50,810 nucleotides of DNA from IMG/VR virus record IMGVR_UViG_3300045988_054624, positions 1 through 50,810 of that record; one strand, 5' to 3'. Below the pieces are notes generated by a model. The model did not search any database, was not told where the DNA came from, and was given only the letters and a program-made list of their open reading frames with translations. Below, in pieces: positions 9,583-17,366 of this stretch. Position 1 is the stretch's first letter; each line of letters opens with the position of its first letter. The stretch is from a virus. Made by a program: the position numbers and the translations under genes.

Positions 9583-9931
9583 GTAATCTACGCCAGAAGC
9601 CTTTCTTCTTTGGTGTTACGGGCGTTTCAGACATCGTAAACCTGTTAATAGAATCCCGTTCTGCCAAGTCTCGCATGAGGTTTAATTCCTCACCGCTTCT
9701 TACACAATCTGAACTCATATGAACCCTTTTCATGTCAGTATCTTTCAGCACTCTCTTATAGCAAGCATCAACGGCTTGTTTGCTGTAAGTTCTCTTGCGG
9801 CTTACATATCTTCCCGGACCTACCCGGTAATATGTCTTGCCGTCAACATAGATTGTTTCACGCTCTCTACCTGCCTCGGATTCCTGAATGAACGTTGACG
9901 CGATAATTATCAACAATAATGTCGCTTTCAT
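9557..9931 (-). CDS. Secreted small protein carrying a 22-aa motif shared with the TMP C-terminus
   Basis: Signal peptide MKATLLLIIIASTFIQESEA; EELNLMRDLAERDSINRFTMS matches the TMP segment EELNLMRDLAERDAINRYTMS (20 of 21 residues). Confidence 0.5.
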   Translation of the reverse strand: MKATLLLIIIASTFIQESEAGRERETIYVDGKTYYRVGPGRYVSRKRTYSKQAVDACYKRVLKDTDMKRVHMSSDCVRSGEELNLMRDLAERDSINRFTMSETPVTPKKKGFWRRLLEFIINPF

Positions 9932-10113
9932 TTTTTGTCTTTTAGATAGTTGTGAAACTTTTCGGAGTTGATGTAGTACGTGAATCTATCTGACATTTTC
10001 ACAGCACATCCGAACTCCAATATTCCCCGTTGCAATCCTATGCGAATAAATTGCTGGCTTACGCGCATTTGTTTAGCTGCTTCAGCAACGGACATTCTTT
10101 TCACATCAAACAC
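9928..10113 (-). CDS. HTH_17/excisionase-like DNA-binding protein
   Basis: MSVAEAAKQMRVSQQFIRIGLQRG, a helix-turn-helix typical of Xis/MerR-like small proteins. Confidence 0.45.
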   Translation of the reverse strand: MFDVKRMSVAEAAKQMRVSQQFIRIGLQRGILEFGCAVKMSDRFTYYINSEKFHNYLKDKK

Positions 10114-10318
10114 CTACCTCGTCAAAAAATATCTGTTTGATTTCATCGGAGTTCAACCTGTATCTCTTTGCGATACCGTCAATCTCACTTTGTTTGAACT
10201 CTGTCTTTCCTATCATTTTATTGCTCATGGTTTGCTTGGTGATCCCTAGAGCAATGGCTAGTTCGCCTTGATTGTCTCCGTTAAGTGCCATTTTTGATTT
10301 CAGCAATGCGATATTCAT
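10106..10318 (-). CDS. Cro-like XRE-family HTH regulator
   Basis: LAIALGITKQTMSNKM HTH; divergent from the repressor; SD AAAGGAGGT; operators in the intergenic region. Confidence 0.6.
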   Translation of the reverse strand: MNIALLKSKMALNGDNQGELAIALGITKQTMSNKMIGKTEFKQSEIDGIAKRYRLNSDEIKQIFFDEVGV

Positions 10319-10347
10319 CAATACCTCCTTTTGAATTGGTTACTATT

Positions 10348-10467
10348 AAGATACTTTTACCGGGTAAGTATCTAAAAAATATGTTATCAGCCTCTTTCGC
10401 AATAATCAAGACTAAATTACGTATTTTTTAGATACTTTCTAACTTTTTATGATATAATCAAGATACT
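10348..10467. promoter_or_regulatory. Lysogeny switch: four AAGATACTT operator half-sites/palindromes and divergent promoters
   Basis: AAGATACTT at 10348 and its reverse complement at 10365 form a palindrome; further copies at 10430 and 10460; extended -10 TGATATAAT at 10450-10458 reading toward the repressor. Confidence 0.55.
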
Positions 10468-10478
10468 ATGGAAGGTAG

Positions 10479-10874
10479 GTGATTTATTTGAGCGTTGGAG
10501 CAACTATAAAAAAGTTGCGTTTAGAGAAAGGACTGACGCAAGAGGAACTCGGAGAGTTGCTAGGAGTAAAGAAAGCCGCCATCCAGAAATATGAAAGCGG
10601 CCATGTACAAAATTTGAAACAAAGCACGATAAGAAGGCTTTGCGAGATATTCGACAAAACGCCTTCATACTTTGTCTATGATGATTATGAATCATCCTTA
10701 GAACACATGTTACGGTCTCAAGTAGGGATGATAGAATTGTTTCAAAGGGCTTACGGTAAAGACTTTATAGAACTGGTAGAAATATACCTAGAATTGAGTG
10801 ACCGGAATAAGGCGAAGGTTTTAGAGTACGCCAATGACATTTCACTGTTACAATCTGTTACGGGCAAAAAGTAA
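10479..10874 (+). CDS. cI-like XRE-family repressor
   Basis: N-terminal HTH LTQEELGELLGVKKAAIQKYESG plus a C-terminal oligomerisation region; 131 aa. Confidence 0.7.
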   Translation: MIYLSVGATIKKLRLEKGLTQEELGELLGVKKAAIQKYESGHVQNLKQSTIRRLCEIFDKTPSYFVYDDYESSLEHMLRSQVGMIELFQRAYGKDFIELVEIYLELSDRNKAKVLEYANDISLLQSVTGKK

Positions 10875-10898
10875 TGATTGTTAAACAGTTATGGAATA

Positions 10899-11104
10899 GT
10901 GTCACAGATGTAACAGATGTTTCCTATATATTTATTATTTTTCTCAATATGAAATAAGATGGGAATAGTTTTTTTTCACTTTTCATGTGAAAATGTAGGG
11001 GAATTGGAAGTGTTACATCTGTTACACTGTTACATCAGGCATGTAAATCTTTGAAAATCAAATGTTTTAAGGTGTCACAGATGAAGAAAGGGAAGTGTTA
11101 CACA
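10899..11104. repeat. Array of TGT(A/C)ACAGATG motifs (region A) between repressor and integrase
   Basis: gtgtcacagatgtaacagatg (10899-10919), gtgttacatctgttacactgttacatc (11010-11036), ggtgtcacagatg (11071-11083), gtgttacac (11096-11104); the same motif family as at 38995-39398. Confidence 0.6.
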
Positions 11105-12126
11105 TGCGCAACACAAACGGTTATGGAAGCGTTATCAAATTGAGCGGCAAACGCCGCCGCCCGTATGCCGTAAGAATTACCTCCGGATGGACTGATGACG
11201 GAAAACAGAAGTATAAATACATCAGTTACCATCAGAAAAAATCGGAAGCTTTGCTAGCATTGGCTGAGTTCAACCGTAACCCACACGATATTGATGCAGC
11301 GCGTATCACATTTGCGGAAGTCTATGACCGCTGGAGTGAAAAAGAGTTCCGTACCTTGTCAGACAGTTCAGCAAAAACGTATAGGAGTGCATATAAACAT
11401 TGTGCGCCTCTGTACGGGAAGGTATTCAAGGAACTTCGCACTCAACATCTACAATCGGTCATTACGTCCATCGAAGCACCATCCATGAAAGAAACAACTA
11501 AGTTCCTTTTTCAGAAGTCTTACCGCTTCGCACTTGAAAATGATATTGTACAGAAAGATTATTCGCAATTCGTGAAACTTCCTAAGAAACCACCAGCTAA
11601 GAAAAAGGTTCCGTTCACCCCGGAAGAAATCAATTACTTGTGGGAAAACAAGGACGCGATAAAATATGCGGATTTCACACTTATCTTGTTGTACACGGGC
11701 ATGCGGATTGGCGAGTTGCTAGCTATCAACAAATCAGACGTTAATCTTGAGAAACGGTATATGGTAGGTGGGTCTAAAACTGACGCCGGTAAAGAACGGA
11801 TTATCCCACTTCACAAGCGTATCGTGCCATTGCTGGAAAAACGGATGAATGAGGCGGAAAATGAGTGGTTGTTTCCAAACAAGCGAGGGTTGCGTTTGCA
11901 ATATTCACCGTTCATGAAATACCACTGGCCTAATCTGATGCAGGACATCAAAGGAGATCACACGCCCCATGATACCCGGCACACGTTCGTTTCCAACATG
12001 GATAGGTTAGGAGTTCGGAAGTTGAATATTCAAAGGATTGTTGGTCACAAAGACGCAGACGTAACGGAACATTACACGCACAAATTGATTGAGGAATTGA
12101 TTGCGGATGTAGATAGATTAGATTGA
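11104..12126 (+). CDS. int: Tyrosine integrase with N-terminal arm-DNA-binding domain
   Basis: C-terminal catalytic residues RHTFVS...HKD...HYTH; N-terminal AP2-like arm-binding domain (RRRPYAVRITSGW...). The track start at 11095 is GTG; the ATG at 11104 has an SD. Confidence 0.8.
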   Translation: MRNTNGYGSVIKLSGKRRRPYAVRITSGWTDDGKQKYKYISYHQKKSEALLALAEFNRNPHDIDAARITFAEVYDRWSEKEFRTLSDSSAKTYRSAYKHCAPLYGKVFKELRTQHLQSVITSIEAPSMKETTKFLFQKSYRFALENDIVQKDYSQFVKLPKKPPAKKKVPFTPEEINYLWENKDAIKYADFTLILLYTGMRIGELLAINKSDVNLEKRYMVGGSKTDAGKERIIPLHKRIVPLLEKRMNEAENEWLFPNKRGLRLQYSPFMKYHWPNLMQDIKGDHTPHDTRHTFVSNMDRLGVRKLNIQRIVGHKDADVTEHYTHKLIEELIADVDRLD

Positions 12127-12390
12127 TAAGTTGTAACTTGCTTGTATATTGTTTGTATATTACAGCGAAAAATTAAGCTGAATTTAGACGTTCTTATTTT
12201 TTCGCTTAATGATTCAAACCCTTGTAAACATTGGATTTACAGCATGTCCGAATCGTCTAAAAAATAACAATGATTCTTCCATCCCAAGCATGGACATACC
12301 TTGATTATCAATGTTTTACGAGCTATTTGTATATTGCGCGTATATTTTAATTCACCACCTCGTTTTTGTTATATTTTACCACAGCATAAG
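12127..12390. other. Candidate attP region
   Basis: Non-coding; three direct TTGTATATT repeats (12141, 12153, 12323); lies between int and the twin terminators that end the late operon. This is the usual int...lysin prophage end arrangement. Confidence 0.3.
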
Positions 12391-12394
12391 GTAT

Positions 12395-12429
12395 TAAAAA
12401 ACCCCCTCACTACACCCGTAGTGAGGGGG
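12395..12429 (-). terminator. Intrinsic terminator (probably bidirectional)
   Basis: 11-bp GC stem CCCCCTCACTA...TAGTGAGGGGG preceded on plus by A7 (T7 on the minus strand). Confidence 0.6.
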
Positions 12430-12532
12430 AATCTTCTTACGCTTTTCCCTATGATGCAACCTAGTGGTTATTGAAAATGGCACCTAATTTCAGGCACCGG
12501 GGGAATCATATAAAACTTGTCGTCCCTGTCAA

Positions 12533-12575
12533 TAAAAAAAAAGAACCTACCCGATGCCCCAACACCGGGTAGGTA
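12533..12575 (-). terminator. Intrinsic terminator after the late operon
   Basis: Stem ACCTACCCG...CGGGTAGGT followed on the minus strand by T9. Confidence 0.6.
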
Positions 12576-12719
12576 CAATGACAAACTATAAAACACTATA
12601 ACTAGGCGTATCCCTACGCCCGGAAACAAGTTACAGGAATCTATGGATGAAGTCAATTATTTTTTGCCAGCATGATTTTTTTCTAGCGGGCATCAACACT
12701 TCTACCAGCGGTTCACGTT

Positions 12720-13265
12720 TCATAGTGCTTTGCAGATTCCTTTCACCAGCGCATTGACTAACGGTGCAAGTTCGTTTTCCTTGGTGTCAGGGTCATCCAT
12801 CAGTTTTTTGATGTCAACTTTGGATGAAATGAACCCTAATTCAATGAGCACCCACGGCCATTTTGTTTTGTTGAGCACGGCTAAATCCGTTCTGCGTACC
12901 GTCTCGCAAGCACGCCCCGGCATGTAGTCCGTCAGATAGTCAGCAATAGCCGTTGCAATCTGCTTCCCCTTCGTGCTGGTGTAGCACACATGGCCGCCGT
13001 GTGCGCCCGTATTAGAGCTTGAATCCATGTGCAAGGATACGCCGAATGTTACCCCTGACAACGCATTCGCTGCTGCGATAGTTCGGTTCAAATCGTCCTT
13101 GTTGCTCAAATACGGATAATCAATAACAGTTACTTTGTGACCGTTTCTTTTCAACGCAGGAGCTAAGAGATTGGCAACTTTTGAGGCAAGATCATGTTCT
13201 TCCTGCCCGTTGCCTCTAGCCCCTGTTCCCTTCGCGTGTCCGATGTCTAAAATAATATGTGCCAT
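12720..13265 (-). CDS. N-acetylmuramoyl-L-alanine amidase endolysin (amidase_3)
   Basis: MAHIILDIGHAKGTGARG...; amidase_3 family (CwlC/LytC-like); last gene of the late operon. Confidence 0.75.
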   Translation of the reverse strand: MAHIILDIGHAKGTGARGNGQEEHDLASKVANLLAPALKRNGHKVTVIDYPYLSNKDDLNRTIAAANALSGVTFGVSLHMDSSSNTGAHGGHVCYTSTKGKQIATAIADYLTDYMPGRACETVRRTDLAVLNKTKWPWVLIELGFISSKVDIKKLMDDPDTKENELAPLVNALVKGICKAL

Positions 13266-13281
13266 GATGTCAGTTCTCCTT

Positions 13282-13761
13282 TTATTTGTATTTAATAGGA
13301 TTGCCCCCTAAGCCATACAAATCCACAAGGATATTTTGAGGGAGCACCTTATCCAATAAATCAATAATCATTGTTGAATTGTGGTCAGGTATTTTTAATA
13401 TCAATTTGCAATACTCGTTTATGTAACTCATTTCAAAATTACCTTCTCCAAGCAATGAAGCAAGTAATTCTTTCAACACTCGCCACGTATAAGGACGGTG
13501 AAGCATCAAATACGTAAGGATTCTGGTTTTGCGCGTCTCTAACGTGTCTCCTTCATCCGGCACAATGCTTAGCATTGATTCCCAGCGTTCCACTCCGTAT
13601 TCTGTAGCATCTTCAATGAAACCTTCCCCTAGCACCCGTATGATGCAGTCAAACAATGATTTGAATTCCGGGTTCTCGGCTATGGCGATTTGATGAAACT
13701 CGGCGGCATTCCGCACGACAGCGGGCCAATACGTTTCAATGTTTATTTCTCTAGTTTCCAT
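13282..13761 (-). CDS. XkdU-like tail/baseplate protein (DUF2313-like)
   Basis: 159 aa; sits directly after the baseplate-J homolog, as in PBSX xkdT-xkdU. Confidence 0.4.
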   Translation of the reverse strand: METREINIETYWPAVVRNAAEFHQIAIAENPEFKSLFDCIIRVLGEGFIEDATEYGVERWESMLSIVPDEGDTLETRKTRILTYLMLHRPYTWRVLKELLASLLGEGNFEMSYINEYCKLILKIPDHNSTMIIDLLDKVLPQNILVDLYGLGGNPIKYK

Positions 13762-14824
13762 TGATAGTTCCCCTTGTGACGATTGAATCTTTATCCACCA
13801 TCAAGTTTTCCGCTTTTCCGTTGATCGTGGTGCCGGTAATGTCTATGATTCCATCAATGTTCAAGATTCTGCTTTCGAGTTGAGCAATTCTAACAGTTAT
13901 CCGATTAAGGTTCTGCCATGATTCATTGAGGCTAGCAAAATATGAATCTATTTCTGATTCAATTTTGGATTTCAAAGCGGCATAGGAATATCCAGCGTCA
14001 AACGTCAAAGTTGTGACAATATCTACCGTTGTATCGTAAGCCGCTACCACTGTGACAAAATGTCCTATTGGTGCGATACCTACCCCTTCACCCATGTTTG
14101 ATTCCGGGTCAAGAGTGGTCTGTATTTGCTCAATCAATGTTTCAGTTGGCACGCCAAAATCACTATCCAGCACGACAACTTTTACCGTTCCACCCCCGTT
14201 CCATTCAGAACCGGAATAAACCTTTACCGCTCCAACGCCGGAGATAGAAAGGACTTTGTTTTTGTAGTCTATCTTGTTACCACCGAAAGCATCTGATTTT
14301 AACGATGCAAAATACCTAGCTCTAAGCGATTCCGTTTCTTCCTCGTCTTCTCCTAATATCGTAACTTCGACGATTTCAGCCGTTTGAAGTCCGTTGACAA
14401 AATCAATCGGTATAAGTTGTCCAGTTACTCCATTCGGTTCCCTGCCAAGGGTTTCACATTGCAGATAATACAATCCGTCTTGAACTTTTTCCGTAATAGC
14501 GTAGTTAAAGTCTTCATGTGAAAAGCGGGTGCCAATCGGTATTTCGAGCGTTGAAGGCGTGAATTGGCCGAGTACAACGGCATAACTCGCAGGCTTAGGC
14601 GTGATGCCACGTTCCGCACATCGTTTAATGAGGTATTCACGGCTAGCAGTATCAGCAAACGTCTCACTTAACACAATGTCAAGGTTGATGTAAAAGTTCT
14701 GTAGTTCTACCGATGCCGGAGCCGTAGCATCGAAAATAATTGAACCTTCCCGTTTATCGAACTTAGCGGGAACACGTTCAAGCATTCTCCGCAATATCAA
14801 TTCCTGTGTATTTTCTTCAAACAT
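13751..14824 (-). CDS. Baseplate J-like protein (XkdT-like)
   Basis: 357 aa; position and size match the P2 gpJ / PBSX XkdT family. Confidence 0.6.
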   Translation of the reverse strand: MFEENTQELILRRMLERVPAKFDKREGSIIFDATAPASVELQNFYINLDIVLSETFADTASREYLIKRCAERGITPKPASYAVVLGQFTPSTLEIPIGTRFSHEDFNYAITEKVQDGLYYLQCETLGREPNGVTGQLIPIDFVNGLQTAEIVEVTILGEDEEETESLRARYFASLKSDAFGGNKIDYKNKVLSISGVGAVKVYSGSEWNGGGTVKVVVLDSDFGVPTETLIEQIQTTLDPESNMGEGVGIAPIGHFVTVVAAYDTTVDIVTTLTFDAGYSYAALKSKIESEIDSYFASLNESWQNLNRITVRIAQLESRILNIDGIIDITGTTINGKAENLMVDKDSIVTRGTINGN

Positions 14825-14826
14825 GG

Positions 14827-15261
14827 TTATATCTCCACAATAGTATTTATTTCTGTTTCTCCGTAAATTGATGAAGCTGTAAATGTTACCGCTACTACAC
14901 CACGCTTGGAAGTGTCAAACTCAAAACTATGAACGCTTTCCGTCCGGTCATCCTGCATAATCGCCTCCGTGATTCTACGCTCCAATTCAGGCACTACCCA
15001 TGCGATAGGTTGGCCGAATAATTCTTTCAGTTCAATCCCGTAGTTCCACGAATAAATGAGATAGTCATATCGTTCCGTATTCAGGATTTTATAGATTGCT
15101 TGCTTGTAAGCTTCCAGTTCATCTACATATCCCGCAACGGTTTCTGATTCAATGTTGAGTTTGTACGTTAAATCCGGACTTGTTTCATATTGAAATGCGT
15201 CCGTCAATCCGTAAGTTTCGTCAACTTCATTCATGGCGGTTGGTAAAAGAGAATCATTCAT
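14827..15261 (-). CDS. Baseplate protein (XkdS / gp25-W-like)
   Basis: 144 aa; sits between the XkdR-like and baseplate-J genes. Confidence 0.4.
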   Translation of the reverse strand: MNDSLLPTAMNEVDETYGLTDAFQYETSPDLTYKLNIESETVAGYVDELEAYKQAIYKILNTERYDYLIYSWNYGIELKELFGQPIAWVVPELERRITEAIMQDDRTESVHSFEFDTSKRGVVAVTFTASSIYGETEINTIVEI

Positions 15262-15718
15262 CTATCCATTGCCCTTCCGTTTTTGCTGAATCTATCCGGT
15301 CAATGACTACGTATCGTTGCCCGCCTTGCATTTTCACTAAAACAACCCGTTCCCCTAGCGTCAATCCATAGTGGAGCATGATTTTCTTCCGTCCTTTGAT
15401 GTCATGGTGGTGTTTGGTATTCAAGTTGCCTGAATCCGTTTTCCCTCCACTATCCCCCGTGTGAGTGTGGGATGAAGTCATGTAGCTATCGTTTTCTGTT
15501 TCCATTGAAACAGTAACGTCAACCGTGTGATCTTTCACCATGTTTGTTAGAACGATGTAATTTCCCGTGAGAATATTCTTCTGGTCAATGGTTATTTCCA
15601 GCGGGTTCACTTTCGTTACCTCACCAAATGTCACATCAGCCAGTTGCATTGAACCAATGAGGTGTAACGCAATCATCTTCATTGATTCATTTAATGTAGG
15701 TGCAGCACGTTCAATCAT
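15254..15718 (-). CDS. Baseplate spike/plug (XkdR / gpV-like)
   Basis: 154 aa; order conserved with the PBSX tail module. Confidence 0.35.
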   Translation of the reverse strand: MIERAAPTLNESMKMIALHLIGSMQLADVTFGEVTKVNPLEITIDQKNILTGNYIVLTNMVKDHTVDVTVSMETENDSYMTSSHTHTGDSGGKTDSGNLNTKHHHDIKGRKKIMLHYGLTLGERVVLVKMQGGQRYVVIDRIDSAKTEGQWIDE

Positions 15719-16676
15719 AGAATTCTTCCTTCCCTTGAAGCGTTAAATCCATGTAGTGGTCATCGTTATCAAATACGTGCTTGGCTTTTTCAACTAGCAT
15801 CCGCTGCTTGGTTACTATCATGTCTCCTAGGTTCAAATCCAAGTAAATCCCGCAGCCTGCCCGCACTCGTATGTCACCTTTTTGACGCTTGATAGTTAAT
15901 GACCTTGATACCCGGTTGTAGAGATTCAACATAGCCGCCGCCATTGCTTTGATGTTAGACCCGCTGTTGACGCTTACAAAGTTCTGCAACACGCCCCATT
16001 GCTGGATTGTTTTTGTATCGTCTAACTTCGCTACATTCCGTATTTTTTGTTCTTCCGATTCAACTAATACAATGCGGTTGTATGTGTTTTTATCAATGGA
16101 CGTTGTGTAGTCAAAATCAGATGCTGTTGAAGCGTCAATCAATATATCAATCGTAGAATCTTTAATGTTTTTCAACATTAACTTGTCATAGTCTGAATAG
16201 AGATAATACAAGTTTCCTGTTGCCATAGCCGTTTCATCAATGGCATCCAGAATCATATCAAACAAGCTAACGTTTTCCTTGTAAAACTTAGGAATGATAT
16301 ATCCGGTGTTAGGCAGTTCCCCGGCTTTTAGTTTGAAGTCTTCCGCAATCCGGCTTACCACTTGATCCGCTCTCACCCCCGTCCAGACATAACTAATCTT
16401 GTTTTTCAGATAGCGCAACTGGTCATAAGCCGTCACCTTGATATGGTGGTCTTTGTTCCGTTGCTTCTCAAATACAAATCCGAAAAACACAGGCGTATCA
16501 TCATACCAGAACGTAACGCGAGCACCTTCGGAAAAACTCAATCCTTCCGTTTTAACTACGGTGAAGGTGAGTTTTCCCGGCTCGCCTTTTCGAGCGGTCT
16601 CCCATTCAATACCCTCTATTACCGCAGGCTCTTGAACCCGTCCACCGCTCCATATTTGAATAATACATTTTCCCAT
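15711..16676 (-). CDS. Baseplate hub-like protein (XkdQ / late-control-D-like)
   Basis: 321 aa; follows the LysM protein, as in PBSX xkdP-xkdQ. Confidence 0.4.
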   Translation of the reverse strand: MGKCIIQIWSGGRVQEPAVIEGIEWETARKGEPGKLTFTVVKTEGLSFSEGARVTFWYDDTPVFFGFVFEKQRNKDHHIKVTAYDQLRYLKNKISYVWTGVRADQVVSRIAEDFKLKAGELPNTGYIIPKFYKENVSLFDMILDAIDETAMATGNLYYLYSDYDKLMLKNIKDSTIDILIDASTASDFDYTTSIDKNTYNRIVLVESEEQKIRNVAKLDDTKTIQQWGVLQNFVSVNSGSNIKAMAAAMLNLYNRVSRSLTIKRQKGDIRVRAGCGIYLDLNLGDMIVTKQRMLVEKAKHVFDNDDHYMDLTLQGKEEFYD

Positions 16677-17353
16677 TATGACATCCTCAATTTTTGACCC
16701 ACGTAAATCTTGTCCGGACTTTCTAATCCATTCAGGTCTGCGATTTCTTTGTATTTTGAGCCATTACCCAATTGCTTTTTGCAAATGTTCCACAAGGTAT
16801 CGCCCTTATTCACAATGTAGAATTTGACTGATTGCTTTGATGCCGTATTTCTTTCTTTCGTAACCATAGCCACCGCCGCTGTAGCAGCTATTCCCGCGAG
16901 ACTAGATAAACTGATAGATTTTGTTCCGTAGTCTTTGTATTCCTTCAACGTGATTCTGCACAACACGTCAAAGCCGTGTGCCTCGGCATCTTCATCGTAT
17001 TCAAAATCTTCAATTTGAGACTTAATATTGGTATAGAATAAAATCTTACCTTTCGGATTCATTCTGGTTACGATGAATTGAAAAGGAATCTTTGTTTTTT
17101 TCCATTCATTCAAGACCGGAATGAAGGTGCTAGCGGTGTAATTCGAGATTGAATAATTGGAAAACGGATATTTTTGTTGAGGCAACAAAAAATCAAATGA
17201 TATTTCCCGCAAGCCTTGTTCCTTCAATATGTTAATCTCACCGTCATTGATTAACGTTACTGTTGTATTTTTAGAAGGTGTTTTAATATTCAACGCACCC
17301 GGAGTAACCGGAAGCGGAACAGGCGGTATTCCCATGAAAAAATAATATGCCAT
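16676..17353 (-). CDS. LysM-domain tail protein (XkdP / gpX-like)
   Basis: C-terminal LysM: YIVNKGDTLWNICKKQLGNGSKYKEIADLNGLESPDKIYVGQKL. Confidence 0.65.
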   Translation of the reverse strand: MAYYFFMGIPPVPLPVTPGALNIKTPSKNTTVTLINDGEINILKEQGLREISFDFLLPQQKYPFSNYSISNYTASTFIPVLNEWKKTKIPFQFIVTRMNPKGKILFYTNIKSQIEDFEYDEDAEAHGFDVLCRITLKEYKDYGTKSISLSSLAGIAATAAVAMVTKERNTASKQSVKFYIVNKGDTLWNICKKQLGNGSKYKEIADLNGLESPDKIYVGQKLRMS

Positions 17354-17366
17354 GTGTTATTCCTCC

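Noticed and set aside
12468-12656. 62-aa minus-strand ORF after the amidase gene
   Set aside because: It spans two intrinsic terminator hairpins and poly-T tracts (FFFFID translation of T-runs), so it is most likely non-coding.
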